DNA from: an uncultured Chloroflexia bacterium
GTDB lineage: Bacteria; Chloroflexota; Limnocylindria; Limnocylindrales; CSP1-4
Direction: 5' to 3'
DNA length: 64,000 nt
NCBI GenBank assembly: GCA_963766735.1
Contig: CAVYBU010000007.1
Coordinates: 389,742-453,741 of the forward strand
The position numbers and the translations under genes are program-made. Of this stretch, positions 41,033 through 51,039 are shown piece by piece; position 1 is the first letter of the stretch; every line of letters starts with the position of its first letter. Under the pieces are notes generated by a model. That model had not been told where the DNA came from. It made no database searches and saw only the letters and a list, made by a program, of their open reading frames with translations.

Positions 41033-41497
41033 CTATGCGCGCTCCAGGTTCGCAGAAATGGCGGCACGCAAGGCGTCGTGCTGAGGCCCAAGCGCTGACG
41101 AGGGGTCTCGCCACTTCTCCGGCGGGTAGAGCCATACCGGCCGCTGGATCAACTCGTCCGGCTCCCACCCGTAGCGAGGCCAGATGTGGGTGTGGAGGTA
41201 GTCGTCAGCGTTGCCGAGGATCTCGACGTTGACGCGACGGAACCCTGGATCGGCGGCAGCGCAGGCACGCTCGACTGCCGCCGCCAGCCTCGCCATGCTG
41301 TCGAGATACGCGCTCCGTTGATCCGGTCGCAGGTCTGAGAGGCGGGTGGCTGATGGGTCATCTGACAGCAGGAGGCAGTAGCCCGGGAGCCATTGAACAT
41401 CTCCGATGACCGCGAAGCCTGCGGGCATCCTGCATAGGACGGTCGGATTCTCGCCCCTGAGCGCGGAGCCGATGCGGTCGCTTGTCCAGTCCACCAT
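41033..41497 (-). CDS. HIT-family protein
   Basis: HTHIWPR (HxHxHxx) histidine triad. Confidence 0.55.
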   Translation of the reverse strand: MVDWTSDRIGSALRGENPTVLCRMPAGFAVIGDVQWLPGYCLLLSDDPSATRLSDLRPDQRSAYLDSMARLAAAVERACAAADPGFRRVNVEILGNADDYLHTHIWPRYGWEPDELIQRPVWLYPPEKWRDPSSALGPQHDALRAAISANLERA

Positions 41498-41764
41498 GCT
41501 GCGAATAGTGCCTGATGGATGTCGAGCGCCGCCCCCGAACTGAGCCGATGGGACGGAGGGCCCACCGCAGCCGCCGAACCGTTCGGGTCATCGTCGCGAA
41601 GGCGAGCTCGCCGGATCGCCACACGACGACTGTCCGTCTCGAGCCCAACGGGTCGTGAGTGACCCAGCCTGACGCCCTGTCGAGGCACGGCGAAGGCCGG
41701 CTCGCCACCCGCTCAGCGAGCGGGAGCGCTGCCGGACTGGGGCACGCTTGGAGCTCCAACGCGG

Positions 41765-42313
41765 TTGGCTCTTGACGATCGGAGACGACCCGGCAAGAGT
41801 CTCGCCATGGATTGGCTCGACGCCCTGCTGGTCAACACGGGATCGCTGTTCATCGTCATGTCGCTCCTGGCGGTCATCATCCCCTCGTTGCGCCGAAGCG
41901 GCTCGTGGCGTGGCATCGGCGCCGCCTGGCTGGCGACCTTCGTCGCCACCCTCCTCGTCGCCTTCACCCACCTCGACGACTGGGCGCTGGACTGCAATCT
42001 GGGCGTGCTTCGGTCCGGGGTGACGGGAGGCACGCTGCTGAACCCGGGCGAACCGTGCACCGGCGCGAACAGCCTGCCGCTGTGGCTCGTCGCGCTCCCG
42101 CCGCTGGTCGGCATCGCCATCCTGCTGGCCTGGGTCTGGCGCCACACCCGCCCGCTGCCGGCCACGCTGCGAACCATCGGCGCCCTGATCGCCGCGGCCG
42201 TCGTCATCGTCGGCCTGGGGCAGGTGAACGCGAACGTGGCCCTGCTCGCCGTGGTGGTGGTCGCAGTGGCGGTCTATGCCTGGCCCCGCCTCCGGCGGCA
42301 GCACGCGGCCTGA
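41765..42313 (+). CDS. hypothetical membrane protein
   Basis: Four or five predicted transmembrane helices. Start ambiguous (TTG 41765 or ATG 41807). Confidence 0.4.
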   Translation: MALDDRRRPGKSLAMDWLDALLVNTGSLFIVMSLLAVIIPSLRRSGSWRGIGAAWLATFVATLLVAFTHLDDWALDCNLGVLRSGVTGGTLLNPGEPCTGANSLPLWLVALPPLVGIAILLAWVWRHTRPLPATLRTIGALIAAAVVIVGLGQVNANVALLAVVVVAVAVYAWPRLRRQHAA

Positions 42314-42392
42314 AGTCCGGGGCGCGGCGGGGACGCCCCAGGAAGACGGCTCGTCTCGGCGCCCGTCGCGATCGATCTCGCGCTGGTCGATC

Positions 42393-43626
42393 TCAGTCGT
42401 AGGCGGGATCGCGCCAGACCGGGCAGGTCATGCAGTGCCCGCCACCACGGCCGCGACCCAGCTCTGACCCGTCGATCTCCAGGACCCTGACGCCGGCCTT
42501 GCGCAGGCGGGCGTTGGTCCATTCGTTGCGGTCATAGGCGACGACCACGCCGGGCTCCAGGGCAACCACGTTGTTGCCGTCATCCCACTGCTCGCGTTCC
42601 TGTTCGAAGGCGTCGCCACCGGTGGGGATGGTGCGCAGCTCCCTGAGACCGAGCGCGTCGGCGACGGTCTCGACCCAGCCCCTCGTCTCGATCGTCACGT
42701 CCAGCTTGCCGCCGATCGCCGGGCCGGTAGCTGATGGGCTGGATGGCCGCCACCGCCGGCTCGTAGACGGTCACGAGGTCGCGATCGCAGAACGAGAAGA
42801 TCGTGTCGAGGTGCATGCTGGCGCGGTCGGCCGGCATCTTGGCGGCGATCACCCGCTCTGCGACGCCCTTGGCGAAGAGCGCCTGCGCAACCTGGCCGAC
42901 GGCCTGGTAGGTGGTGCGCTCGCCCATGCCCACGAGCACGATGCCCTTGCCGACGGGCATGACGTCGCCGCCCTCGAGGTTGGCGTTGCCGTGGTCACCG
43001 TCATCGGGATCGCCCCACCAGATCTCGAAGTCGCCATCCTTGAACTCGGAGTGGTACTTGTAGATCGCGGCGAGGTGCAGCGCCTCCTTGCGGCGCGCCG
43101 GCCAGAACATCGGATTGATCGTCACGCCACCGTAGATCCAGCATGAGCTGTCGCGGGTGAAGAGCTGGTTGGGGAGCGGAGCCAGGACGAAGTCCGTCGC
43201 ACCCCACGCCTGCTGCATCCAGTGGCGAAGGTCCTTGGGCAGCTCGGTGACCGCCACTCCGCCGATGAGGTGTGAGACGAGCTTCTGCGAATCCATCTCG
43301 TCCATCCAGGCGCGAAGCTCGTGGATGCCACTGACACCGACCTCGTCCGCGACGAGCTTGCGATCGAGGACGTAGGCGCGGCCCTCGGGGTCGTCCATGA
43401 CGTCCTTGAGCAACTCGTGGACGCGGTACACCGTGATCCCGAACTCTTCCCGCATGAGGTCCACGAACCCATCGTGGTGCATGCGGGCCTTGCGGCTCCA
43501 GATGACGTCGTCGAAGAGCAGCTCGGCGGCGTTGGTCGGCGTCAGGCGGCGCATCTCCAGGCCGGGCCGATGGACGATGACCTTGCGCAGCTTGCCGACT
43601 TCGGAATGAGCGCCGAACTCAGACAC
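42393..43626 (-). pseudogene. arcA: arginine deiminase, interrupted by a single-nucleotide frameshift near 42718-42725
   Basis: N-terminal 300 aa (MSEFGAHSEVGKLRKVIVHRPG...) in one frame. The conserved C-terminus ([34 protein letters not shown]...[15 protein letters not shown]) is in the +1 frame. Confidence 0.8.
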
Positions 43627-43662
43627 GCGATGACTCCTTGCCGCCGGACGGGGTGGTCGGCA

Positions 43663-44665
43663 CTAGGACCCGAGGGTCGCGACCATGACCGCCTTGATGG
43701 TGTGGAGCCGGTTCTCGGCCTGGTCGAAGGCGACGCTGGCGGGCGACTCGAAGACCTCGTGGCTGACCTCCAGCCCGTCGGGCATGTCGGTGGCTTCCAT
43801 CATCTCCCTGCCCGCGATCGTGTGGATGTCGTGGAACGCCGGCAGGCAGTGCATGAACTTCACGTCGTCAGTTGCCGGCCCGGGCCATGAGGCGGCTGTT
43901 GACCTGGTACGGCTTCAGCAGCGAGACGCGCTCGTTCCAGACGTCCTTGGACTCGCCCATCGAGACCCACACGTCGGTGTGGATGAAGTCGACGCCCTCA
44001 ACGGCTGCGGGGTCGTCGCTGACCGTGATCCTGGCGCCGGTGGTGGCCGCGATGTCCCGGGCGATCTCGAGCACGTCCGCCGGCGGTGCCAGCTGCTTGG
44101 GCCCGACCAGCCGGATGTCGCTGCCGAGCAACGCCGCGGTGACCAGGTGCGAGCGGCCCATGTTGAAGCGCAGGTCGCCCATGAAGGCGTAGCTGAGCTG
44201 GTCGTAGTCCTTGCCGCTGGACTCGCCCATGGTCAGGAAGTCGGCCAGCATCTGGGTCGGATGCCACTCATCGGTGAGGCCGTTGTAGACCGGTACGCCC
44301 GCGGACTCCGCGAGCACCTCGACGTCGGCCTGGGCCTTGCCGCGGTACTCGAGGGCGTCGTAGTAGCGACCCAGGACCCTCGCCGTGTCCGCCACGGACT
44401 CCTTGTGGCCCAGCTGAGAGCTCACGGGGTCCAGGTACGTGACGTGTGCACCCTGGTCGTAGGAGGCCACCTCGAATGCGCAGCGCGTGCGCGTCGAGCT
44501 CTTCTCGAAGATCAGGGCGATGTTCTTGCCCTTCAGGCGCTGGACCTCGGTGCCGGCGTACTTGGCGGTCTTGAGGTCGGCCGAGAGCTTGAGCAGGAAG
44601 CGCAGCTCCCCGGGCGTGAAGTCGATCTCCTTGACGAAGCTGCGGTTCCTGAGGTTGACGGGCAC
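43663..44665 (-). pseudogene. ornithine carbamoyltransferase, interrupted by a 1-nt frameshift at about 43866-43870
   Basis: STRTRCAFE motif. Sequence reads LMARAGN-TGA, then the conserved [13 protein letters not shown] tail in the +1 frame. GTG start with GGAAGGAGA RBS. Confidence 0.8.
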
Positions 44666-44811
44666 GACTGGTCTCCTTCCGGGCGGTGATCAGGCTGGGG
44701 TCGTATCCGCGGAATGCGCGGATCCGGCGGCTGGGCTGGTGGGTGGGCGATGCGCTCCTGGTCCGTGGCGATCCGCGCCTGCGATGGCGCGCCCGGGCTG
44801 ACGGATCGGCC

Positions 44812-45300
44812 TCACGGTGCGGTGGTCTGCCCCCGCGCACGGGTCGCCCAGGTGAGGACGGCCACCGCGACGATCACGGACGAGACGGCCAGGCCGAGAC
44901 CCAGGATCTCGAGGTCTCCCTTCCATTCGACCGCCTGCCCGAGGAACGCCACCAGCAGGGCGACGACGATCACCTCCGTCAGGTTCTCCTTGAGGTCGTC
45001 GAGCGACTCGATCCTCAGCCAGCCGGGGAGGGGCAGGTCAGGGTGGACGAACAGCTGGTACAGCCCGGCCGAGATGACGAACAGGACGGTGCCGATCAGG
45101 AAGATGTCGATGATTGCCACGGTGTCGGCGATCAGGCTCTTGCTCGCCGCGGCCGAGACGTCACCGGCCCGGAGCAGGTCCGCGATGACGGCCACCACCC
45201 GGATGAGCCCGAACACCTGGAGCGTCGCAGACGCGACGAAGGCGCCCAGCACCGCCAGGATGATCAGGAATCGGCTGGTGCCGAGGATGTTGCGGATCAT
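44812..45300 (-). CDS. YqhA/UPF0114-like small membrane protein
   Basis: 162 aa with four transmembrane helices. Confidence 0.5.
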   Translation of the reverse strand: MIRNILGTSRFLIILAVLGAFVASATLQVFGLIRVVAVIADLLRAGDVSAAASKSLIADTVAIIDIFLIGTVLFVISAGLYQLFVHPDLPLPGWLRIESLDDLKENLTEVIVVALLVAFLGQAVEWKGDLEILGLGLAVSSVIVAVAVLTWATRARGQTTAP

Positions 45301-45351
45301 GGCAGCGACGATCGTACCCGATGGGCTGGGCCCGGAGCCGTGCTCGCGACG

Positions 45352-45999
45352 TCAGCCGGCGTCGCCCGGGGCGTCGGCACCGGGTCCGATCGCCGGCAGC
45401 CCGTCGATCACGAGGTCAGCGCGTCCCTCCGTCCGCTCGATCAGGCGGGCGTTGGCCTCGTCGCTGCGGTGGACCCAGTCGTGCGCGTGGTCCGGCGACT
45501 TGCCGTGCTCGATGTGGCGACGGATCAGGCGCTCCACGCGCGTCTCGTCCGAGCGCAGATACCAGGCCTCGTCCAGGAGGGGGCGAGCGGCGGCCCACGG
45601 CTCCTCCGCGAGCAGCAGGTAGTTGCCCTCGGTCACGACCAGTGGGATCTCGCGCGGGACGGTGATGGCGTCCGGGACGACGGAGTCCGCATGCCGGTCG
45701 AAGGCGGGGGCCAGGACCACGTCCTCTCGGGCGTCGCGAAGGCGGCGCAGGAGCGCGAGGAAGGCGACGGCATCGAACGTGGCGGGAGCGCCCTTGCGGT
45801 CCCGCAACCCCACCCGGACGAGGTCGTCGTTCGCCAGGTGGAACCCGTCCATCGGGACGAGGATGGCGGCTTCGCCCAGCGCGCGACAGACGGCCTCGGC
45901 CAGGGTGGACTTGCCGGCGCCCGGTGGCCCGACGATGCCCAGGATGTGCCGCTGGCCCGGTACGGCCAGCGCGCGGGCCCGCCGGACGAGGTCCTCCAT
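45352..45999 (-). CDS. P-loop nucleoside/nucleotide kinase family protein
   Basis: Walker A motif GIVGPPGAGKSTLAEAV. The Pro-rich N-terminal extension in the longer ORF is probably not translated. Confidence 0.55.
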   Translation of the reverse strand: MEDLVRRARALAVPGQRHILGIVGPPGAGKSTLAEAVCRALGEAAILVPMDGFHLANDDLVRVGLRDRKGAPATFDAVAFLALLRRLRDAREDVVLAPAFDRHADSVVPDAITVPREIPLVVTEGNYLLLAEEPWAAARPLLDEAWYLRSDETRVERLIRRHIEHGKSPDHAHDWVHRSDEANARLIERTEGRADLVIDGLPAIGPGADAPGDAG

Positions 46000-46104
46000 C
46001 GGCGGGCGGCGGAGGACGGGAGGACCCGGCGGGTTCGGCGGCGCTGGCGGGCCCGGCGAGGCGGACTGGCCCGGCGGGTTCGGCGGGACCGGCGTCATCG
46101 CCAA

Positions 46105-46542
46105 TCAGCGCCGGCCGGAGGCGCGCAGGGCATCCTCGACGAACGGCGCGAGGCGCGCCCCAATCTCCGCGGCAGTGCGCCGGAAGGCCTCGAGGCGCTC
46201 CTCGTCCGTACCCTGGACGTCGGACGGGTCATCCAGACCCCAGTGCAGGGTGCTGGTGGAGCCCGGGAAGACCGGGCAGGTCTCGCGGGCGTGGTCGCAG
46301 ACGGTTATGACGTAGTCGAACCTCTGGCCGAGGAACCCATCGATCGTCTTGCTGGTGGCGCCGGTCCAGTCGATCCCCTGCTCCGCCAGGACCCGGATCG
46401 CATACGGGTTGACGCGCGTGGCCTCCGTGCCGGCGGAGTGGACCTCGAAGTCGTCGCCGCCGAGCCGGCCCAGCAGTGCCTCCGCGAGCTGGCTGCGGGC
46501 CGAGTTGTGGGTGCAGACGAACAGGACGCGGATCGAGGTCAT
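46105..46542 (-). CDS. arsC: arsenate reductase, low-molecular-weight phosphatase family
   Basis: VLFVCTHNSARSQ (CX5R) motif. ATG with AAGGAG RBS. Confidence 0.8.
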   Translation of the reverse strand: MTSIRVLFVCTHNSARSQLAEALLGRLGGDDFEVHSAGTEATRVNPYAIRVLAEQGIDWTGATSKTIDGFLGQRFDYVITVCDHARETCPVFPGSTSTLHWGLDDPSDVQGTDEERLEAFRRTAAEIGARLAPFVEDALRASGRR

Positions 46543-46961
46543 GGACGGCTCCTTGCGTGGCGCCAGCTGGGTGCGGGGGCGCGCGTGCCCTGTTGGGGGT
46601 CTCGCCGCTGTTCGTGAACTGGCCTGCGGGCGTGAAGAAGCCCCGCGAGTGCGATGAGGGCGGTTGACCAGATGGGGATGGTCCGCGCGACGGCGTCGGG
46701 CAGGTAGATATCGGACACGGAGCCGCGTGTCGCACCCAGACGCTCGGCCTGGGTCGTCATCGGGCAGACGCCGCCATTCGCGATGAAGACGACGCTCTCG
46801 GCGGCCACGAGCGAGGCCGCCAAGGCGACGGTCCGATCCCTTCGGCCGGTCAGGCCGGTCACAAGCAGCCAGCCGATCGACGATAGCTCGACGAAGAAGA
46901 CGGCCGTGTGGAGCAAGCGGATCATTGTGAGCATGCCGCCGCTCTGCACCGATCTGGTCAT
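46539..46961 (-). CDS. hypothetical small membrane protein co-transcribed with arsC
   Basis: GAGGAGG RBS. ATGA overlap with arsC. Two or three transmembrane helices. Confidence 0.5.
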   Translation of the reverse strand: MTRSVQSGGMLTMIRLLHTAVFFVELSSIGWLLVTGLTGRRDRTVALAASLVAAESVVFIANGGVCPMTTQAERLGATRGSVSDIYLPDAVARTIPIWSTALIALAGLLHARRPVHEQRRDPQQGTRAPAPSWRHARSRP

Positions 46962-47079
46962 GCTGCGACCTCCTCAGCGCACCATGATGAGGCATCGCAC
47001 CTGGTAGACGGCGAAGCAGAGCAGGCCGATCGCCACGGCGGCACGGCGCGAGACCCCGCGACCAGCAGCGGCGAGAGGA

Positions 47080-47589
47080 TCACCACGATCCCGCTTCGGG
47101 CGAGGCCCCATCGGATCGATCCGGCGCCCGCCTTGCGACGCGCACGATGACGGCCCCGGACGCGACCGCGGCCAACACCGGCCTGTCATGCACCTGGTCA
47201 CCTGACAAGCCAAGTGTCCGGGCCATCCTCGGCTGACCTCCCAGGTAGGCCGCGAGATCCTCCACGGCCTCGGGGCTATCGCCGATGTGGACGGTTGCGC
47301 GGCAGGGGACGTCCCGGCCGCCCAGTACGACCGTGATCTCGGGGTCCGCCTGCACGTTCCGCCACCACTGCTTGTGCCCCGGACGGCCCACGAAGATGAT
47401 CACGCGGTCGCCGGTGTGCACGCACGAGACGGGCGTGGAGAGGGAGCGACCTGAGCGACGGCCGCGATAGCCGACCACCGTCATGCCCGGGAACAAGCGG
47501 CCGAGCGGCGAGCGGAGGACGGCGACCAGCGCTCCATCGCTGACGCGCGCCGCATGCGACCGGGTCCGAGGCTGCTCGACCGCCCGCAT
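47080..47589 (-). CDS. nitroreductase-family deazaflavin (F420)-dependent oxidoreductase, DUF385
   Basis: VVGYRGRRSGRSLSTPVSCVHTGDRVIIFVGRPGHKQWWRN motif. ATGA overlap with the upstream gene. Confidence 0.6.
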   Translation of the reverse strand: MRAVEQPRTRSHAARVSDGALVAVLRSPLGRLFPGMTVVGYRGRRSGRSLSTPVSCVHTGDRVIIFVGRPGHKQWWRNVQADPEITVVLGGRDVPCRATVHIGDSPEAVEDLAAYLGGQPRMARTLGLSGDQVHDRPVLAAVASGAVIVRVARRAPDRSDGASPEAGSW

Positions 47590-48248
47590 CAGGCGGACGC
47601 TGCTGCTTCGGTGGCGGCGGAGGTGGTGCGGGCTGCCGATCTCGTCAGGACGCGCAGCCGCAGGCTCACGAACGCCATCCAGAGGATGGGCGTCCACATC
47701 GCGGCGCGCTGCAGCAGGCCAAGCGAGCCCGGCAGCAGGTCGGCGGCGATGATGGGTCCCGAGACGAGCGCTGCCAGGCCGATCAGGAACGAGGCGGTCT
47801 GCCACCTCGGCCCGAACCGCCCGTCGGCCCGGAATGCCAGCGAGCTGAGCATCGCGGCCGCCGGGAGGCCGATCGCGCCCGGCATGCTGAAGGTTGAATG
47901 GAGCTCACCGGTCCGGGTGACATCGACGCACCCTGCGTCGCATGGGAAGAAACCCACGGTGATCATCCCCAGGCCGGCCACGACCAGCAGGGCCGTTGCC
48001 AGCAGCTTCCAGGGGCTGGCCCGGAGCACCAGGAAGTACGCACCGGCGAAGGCCAGGATGATGATGCCGAGCGCCATGAACCCGCCCACGTTCATCAGCA
48101 GCCCGTGCGGGGCGCCCACTGCTCCGAGCTCACTCTGGGTCTGCCGGATCGGGTCGTAGCCCGTCCAGAGAGCGCCCAGGAGGGTCACGAACCCGATATA
48201 GGCGAGTGCGCCCGCGATGCCGACCAGTGTCAGGGTCCGCGCAATCAT
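47589..48248 (-). CDS. DUF998-like polytopic membrane protein
   Basis: ATG 48248 with GGAGG 7 nt upstream. About six transmembrane helices. Divergent from the tetR gene. Confidence 0.5.
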   Translation of the reverse strand: MIARTLTLVGIAGALAYIGFVTLLGALWTGYDPIRQTQSELGAVGAPHGLLMNVGGFMALGIIILAFAGAYFLVLRASPWKLLATALLVVAGLGMITVGFFPCDAGCVDVTRTGELHSTFSMPGAIGLPAAAMLSSLAFRADGRFGPRWQTASFLIGLAALVSGPIIAADLLPGSLGLLQRAAMWTPILWMAFVSLRLRVLTRSAARTTSAATEAAASA

Positions 48249-48334
48249 GTCCACACCTCCGAAGAACCACTTGCCGGTCAGGCGACTTAGTGGTACTATT
48301 ACTTAGTCGTCCTATATTGTCAAGAGGTGAGGGA
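48249..48334. promoter_or_regulatory. AT-rich divergent promoter/operator region between tetR and the DUF998-DUF385 operon
   Basis: gACTTAGTggtactattACTTAGTcgtcctatattgtcaag. This is the only AT-rich island in the neighbourhood. Direct repeat ACTTAGT twice. Confidence 0.5.
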
Positions 48335-48958
48335 ATGGCCGATCGACGACACCGGGGCGTGCTGCGCCAGGAGATCATCGACGCCGCCGATCGGCTGCTG
48401 TTCGAGCTCGGTGACGCACGCGACGTCTCGATCGAATCCGTGGTCGACGCGGTCGGCTGCACCCCCCCGGCGCTGTACTACTACTTCCCGTCGAAGGAGC
48501 GGCTGCTGGCCGAGGTGTGCCGCCGGCAGTTCCTGCGCTTTGCCGAGGCGCTCGAAGCCGGGTTCCAGGCCACCGGGAATGCCGTCGACGAGCTTCGCGC
48601 GCGCGGCCATGCGTACCTCGACTGGGCGGTGACCCACCCGGAGCACTACCGCATCCTGTTCATGACCTCGGTGGCATCACAGTTGGGGACGGATGACGCT
48701 GACCCGCACCAGGCGGCCGGCCTCGCGGAGCTCATCGGCAACCTCGAGCGTGGCATCGCCGAGGGAACCATCAAGCCCGGTGATCCCCTGCTCATGGCGC
48801 TCATGCTCTGGTCCACCGTGCACGGGATGGCCTCCCTGGCGGTGGCCAACCCTGCGCTCCCCAGGGACCTGGCGCACGCCGTCGTTGAGCGTACGAGCCA
48901 TTCGGTCATCGGCGGCCTTGCCACTGGGGCTCGTGCTCACCCCGGAGAGCCCCAATGA
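48335..48958 (+). CDS. TetR-family transcriptional regulator
   Basis: N-terminal HTH (IESVVDAVGCTPPALYYYFPSKERLL). RBS AGAGGTGAGGGA. Confidence 0.8.
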   Translation: MADRRHRGVLRQEIIDAADRLLFELGDARDVSIESVVDAVGCTPPALYYYFPSKERLLAEVCRRQFLRFAEALEAGFQATGNAVDELRARGHAYLDWAVTHPEHYRILFMTSVASQLGTDDADPHQAAGLAELIGNLERGIAEGTIKPGDPLLMALMLWSTVHGMASLAVANPALPRDLAHAVVERTSHSVIGGLATGARAHPGEPQ

Positions 48959-49497
48959 GCGGGCTGCCGGGCAATGCGGAGGGACGAATGTCGTACGCGG
49001 GTTTCTCCAGACGCGCGCCTGCCCTGGCCTGGGATCTGCCGGTCATCGTCGCGTGGGCGGTCTTTGCGGGGATCGCCGGCATCGGGTTCAACGCGATCGC
49101 CGGGTCTCGGGCCACGTCGCCCTGGTCGCTCGACTTGCAGGCGTTCCTGACGTTGATCCTGCCCGTCATCCTCACCTTCGCCTACCAGGAGGGCTCGTCT
49201 CGGCAGGCCACCTTCGGCAAGCGCCGGTTCCGCATGATCGTCACCGACGCAACCGGCCAGCCGCCGGGATATCGGCGGGCACTCGTCCGATCGGTGGTGA
49301 AGTTCGTGCCGTGGCAGCTGGGTCACACCGCGGTCTTCCACCTCGTCGCGGGATCGACATCGGCCGTCTTCGTGGTGATGTCGATCGGCGCGCAGCTGTT
49401 CGTGCTCATGTCGCTGCTGGTCATGGTGGCCGACAGCCGACACCGGGCGCTACACGACTGGGCGGCCGGTACCCGCGTGATGGATGCGACGGCATGA
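48955..49497 (+). CDS. RDD-family membrane protein
   Basis: RDD-like C-terminus (RHRALHDWAAGTRV). ATGA overlap with tetR. Confidence 0.55.
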   Translation: MSGLPGNAEGRMSYAGFSRRAPALAWDLPVIVAWAVFAGIAGIGFNAIAGSRATSPWSLDLQAFLTLILPVILTFAYQEGSSRQATFGKRRFRMIVTDATGQPPGYRRALVRSVVKFVPWQLGHTAVFHLVAGSTSAVFVVMSIGAQLFVLMSLLVMVADSRHRALHDWAAGTRVMDATA

Positions 49498-50642
49498 GAC
49501 ACCTGAAGAAGATCGGCGTCACGGCCCTTGTGATCGTCGCCGGCCTGTCCGTGCTCTATGGATGGGCCCGGCTCAACCTCGATACCTCGCAAGTGGCCAG
49601 GTACATCGTCTGGCTCGACTCCGACGTCGGCGACTGGCAGCGCTTCCCATCGCGGACCGTGGCTGCCGGGCCCGAGCCAGTGGATCTGGTCGCACCGCAA
49701 CAACCCGACGCACGCGTGGCTGCAGTCATGCTCGACGGGAAGCCCCTGGCAAGCTTCCTCGGGGCCAACGAGACGACCGCGTTCCTCGTCGCTCGCGGCG
49801 AGACCTTGGTCTACGAGCTCTATCCGAACGGGTCCTCCCGCGAGGCCATCCAGACGTCGTTCTCCGTCGCGAAGTCGTTCGATTCGACACTCGTGGGCAT
49901 CGCGGCAAGCGAGGGTCTGCTGGGCCTCGACGACTCGGTTGCGGCCTACCTCCCCGAGTTGCTGGAGCGCGATTCCCGGTTCGGGGCGATCTCGATCCGC
50001 CATCTCATCACGATGTCGTCGGGCATTCGCTACGCGGCGTTCTACCTGCCCTGGAGCGACGACACCACGACGTACTACGCCCCCGACCTTCGGTCGGCTG
50101 CCCTGGCGGCGAACATCGACGGGCCGCCCGGCGAGCAATTCCTCTACAACAACTTCAATCCACTCCTGATCGGGATGGTTCTGGAGCGCGCCACTGGCAT
50201 GCACGTGTCCGAGTACCTCGCGACGCGGCTGTGGCAGCCGATGGGAGCCGAGGCCGATGGCTCCTGGAGCCTGGACAGCGAGCAGACCGGGTTCGAGAAG
50301 ATGGAGAGCGGCATCAACGGGCGGGCGATCGACTTCCTGAAGCTCGGCCTGGTCTTCGCCCACGAGGGGCGAATCGCAGGACGCCGGGTGGTTCCGGCGG
50401 CGTGGGTCTCCGAGGCGACCCGGGTCGACACCACGACCGACCCCGCAGAGGGGTATCAGTATTTCTGGTGGGTCTTCCCGGAACATCACGCCTTTGCCGC
50501 GCTCGGCAACAAGGGGCAGTTCATCTACGTCGATCCCGTGGCGGACGTGACGATCGTGCGCATGGGGAGCAACTACGGCAGCCTCGACTACCTGCGGTGG
50601 ATCGACCTGTTCGGAACCATTGCAGACGCCGCGGGCAGCTAG
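49494..50642 (+). CDS. serine hydrolase, beta-lactamase/PBP4-like family
   Basis: SVAKSF (SxxK) motif and YNNFN region. ATGA overlap with the RDD gene. The 649-aa ORF 48693..50642 is an over-extension. Confidence 0.75.
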   Translation: MRHLKKIGVTALVIVAGLSVLYGWARLNLDTSQVARYIVWLDSDVGDWQRFPSRTVAAGPEPVDLVAPQQPDARVAAVMLDGKPLASFLGANETTAFLVARGETLVYELYPNGSSREAIQTSFSVAKSFDSTLVGIAASEGLLGLDDSVAAYLPELLERDSRFGAISIRHLITMSSGIRYAAFYLPWSDDTTTYYAPDLRSAALAANIDGPPGEQFLYNNFNPLLIGMVLERATGMHVSEYLATRLWQPMGAEADGSWSLDSEQTGFEKMESGINGRAIDFLKLGLVFAHEGRIAGRRVVPAAWVSEATRVDTTTDPAEGYQYFWWVFPEHHAFAALGNKGQFIYVDPVADVTIVRMGSNYGSLDYLRWIDLFGTIADAAGS

Positions 50643-50853
50643 ATGGGCCAGGAGCCTTCCGGCCGTCCCAGTCGCGCCTGGTGGACCGCCGGTCATCCTC
50701 GTTCGGGCAGCAGGTCCTCTGCGAGCGTGATCATGGAGCAGGGCGGTCCCGGCTCCGGGCCGATCACGGGGACGACCGCTGCCTGGACGCGCGGGGCTAC
50801 GCCGGTCGGGCGCGACCGCTGTCCGATCCGATCGAGGATGCAGCGGCTGGAAC

Positions 50854-50928
50854 TGGCTCCGGCGGTAGGATTCGAACCTACGACCAAGTGATTAACAGTC
50901 ACCCGCTCTACCACTGAGCTACGCCGGA
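50854..50928 (-). tRNA. tRNA-Asn (GTT) with encoded CCA
   Basis: TCCGGCGTAGCTCAGTGGTAGAGCGGGTGACTGTTAATCACTTGGTCGTAGGTTCGAATCCTACCGCCGGAGCCA. Cloverleaf with 7-bp acceptor stem and anticodon loop CTGTTAA. Confidence 0.9.
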
Positions 50929-51039
50929 GCGGCGTTGCGGGGCGTTGCAGCCCGCGCATCGGGGGCGCCATCGCGGCGCCGCGGGAGAGGATAGCAGGCC
51001 CCCGGACGGCACGGGGGCACGACCCGTAGACTCCGGTGC

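Noticed and set aside
44268-44840. 190-aa ORF overlapping the ornithine carbamoyltransferase gene
   Set aside because: Alternative frame of a conserved gene. Arg-rich junk.
46022-46104. Pro-rich N-terminal extension (PPNPPG repeats) of the P-loop kinase ORF
   Set aside because: It arises from GC-rich degenerate repeats (gggttcggcgg). The kinase homology begins at the internal Met, so the extension is probably untranslated.
48693-49493. N-terminal 267 aa of the 649-aa ORF 48693..50642
   Set aside because: Out-of-frame overlap of the tetR and RDD genes. Only the portion from ATG 49494 (MRHLKK...) matches the serine hydrolase family.
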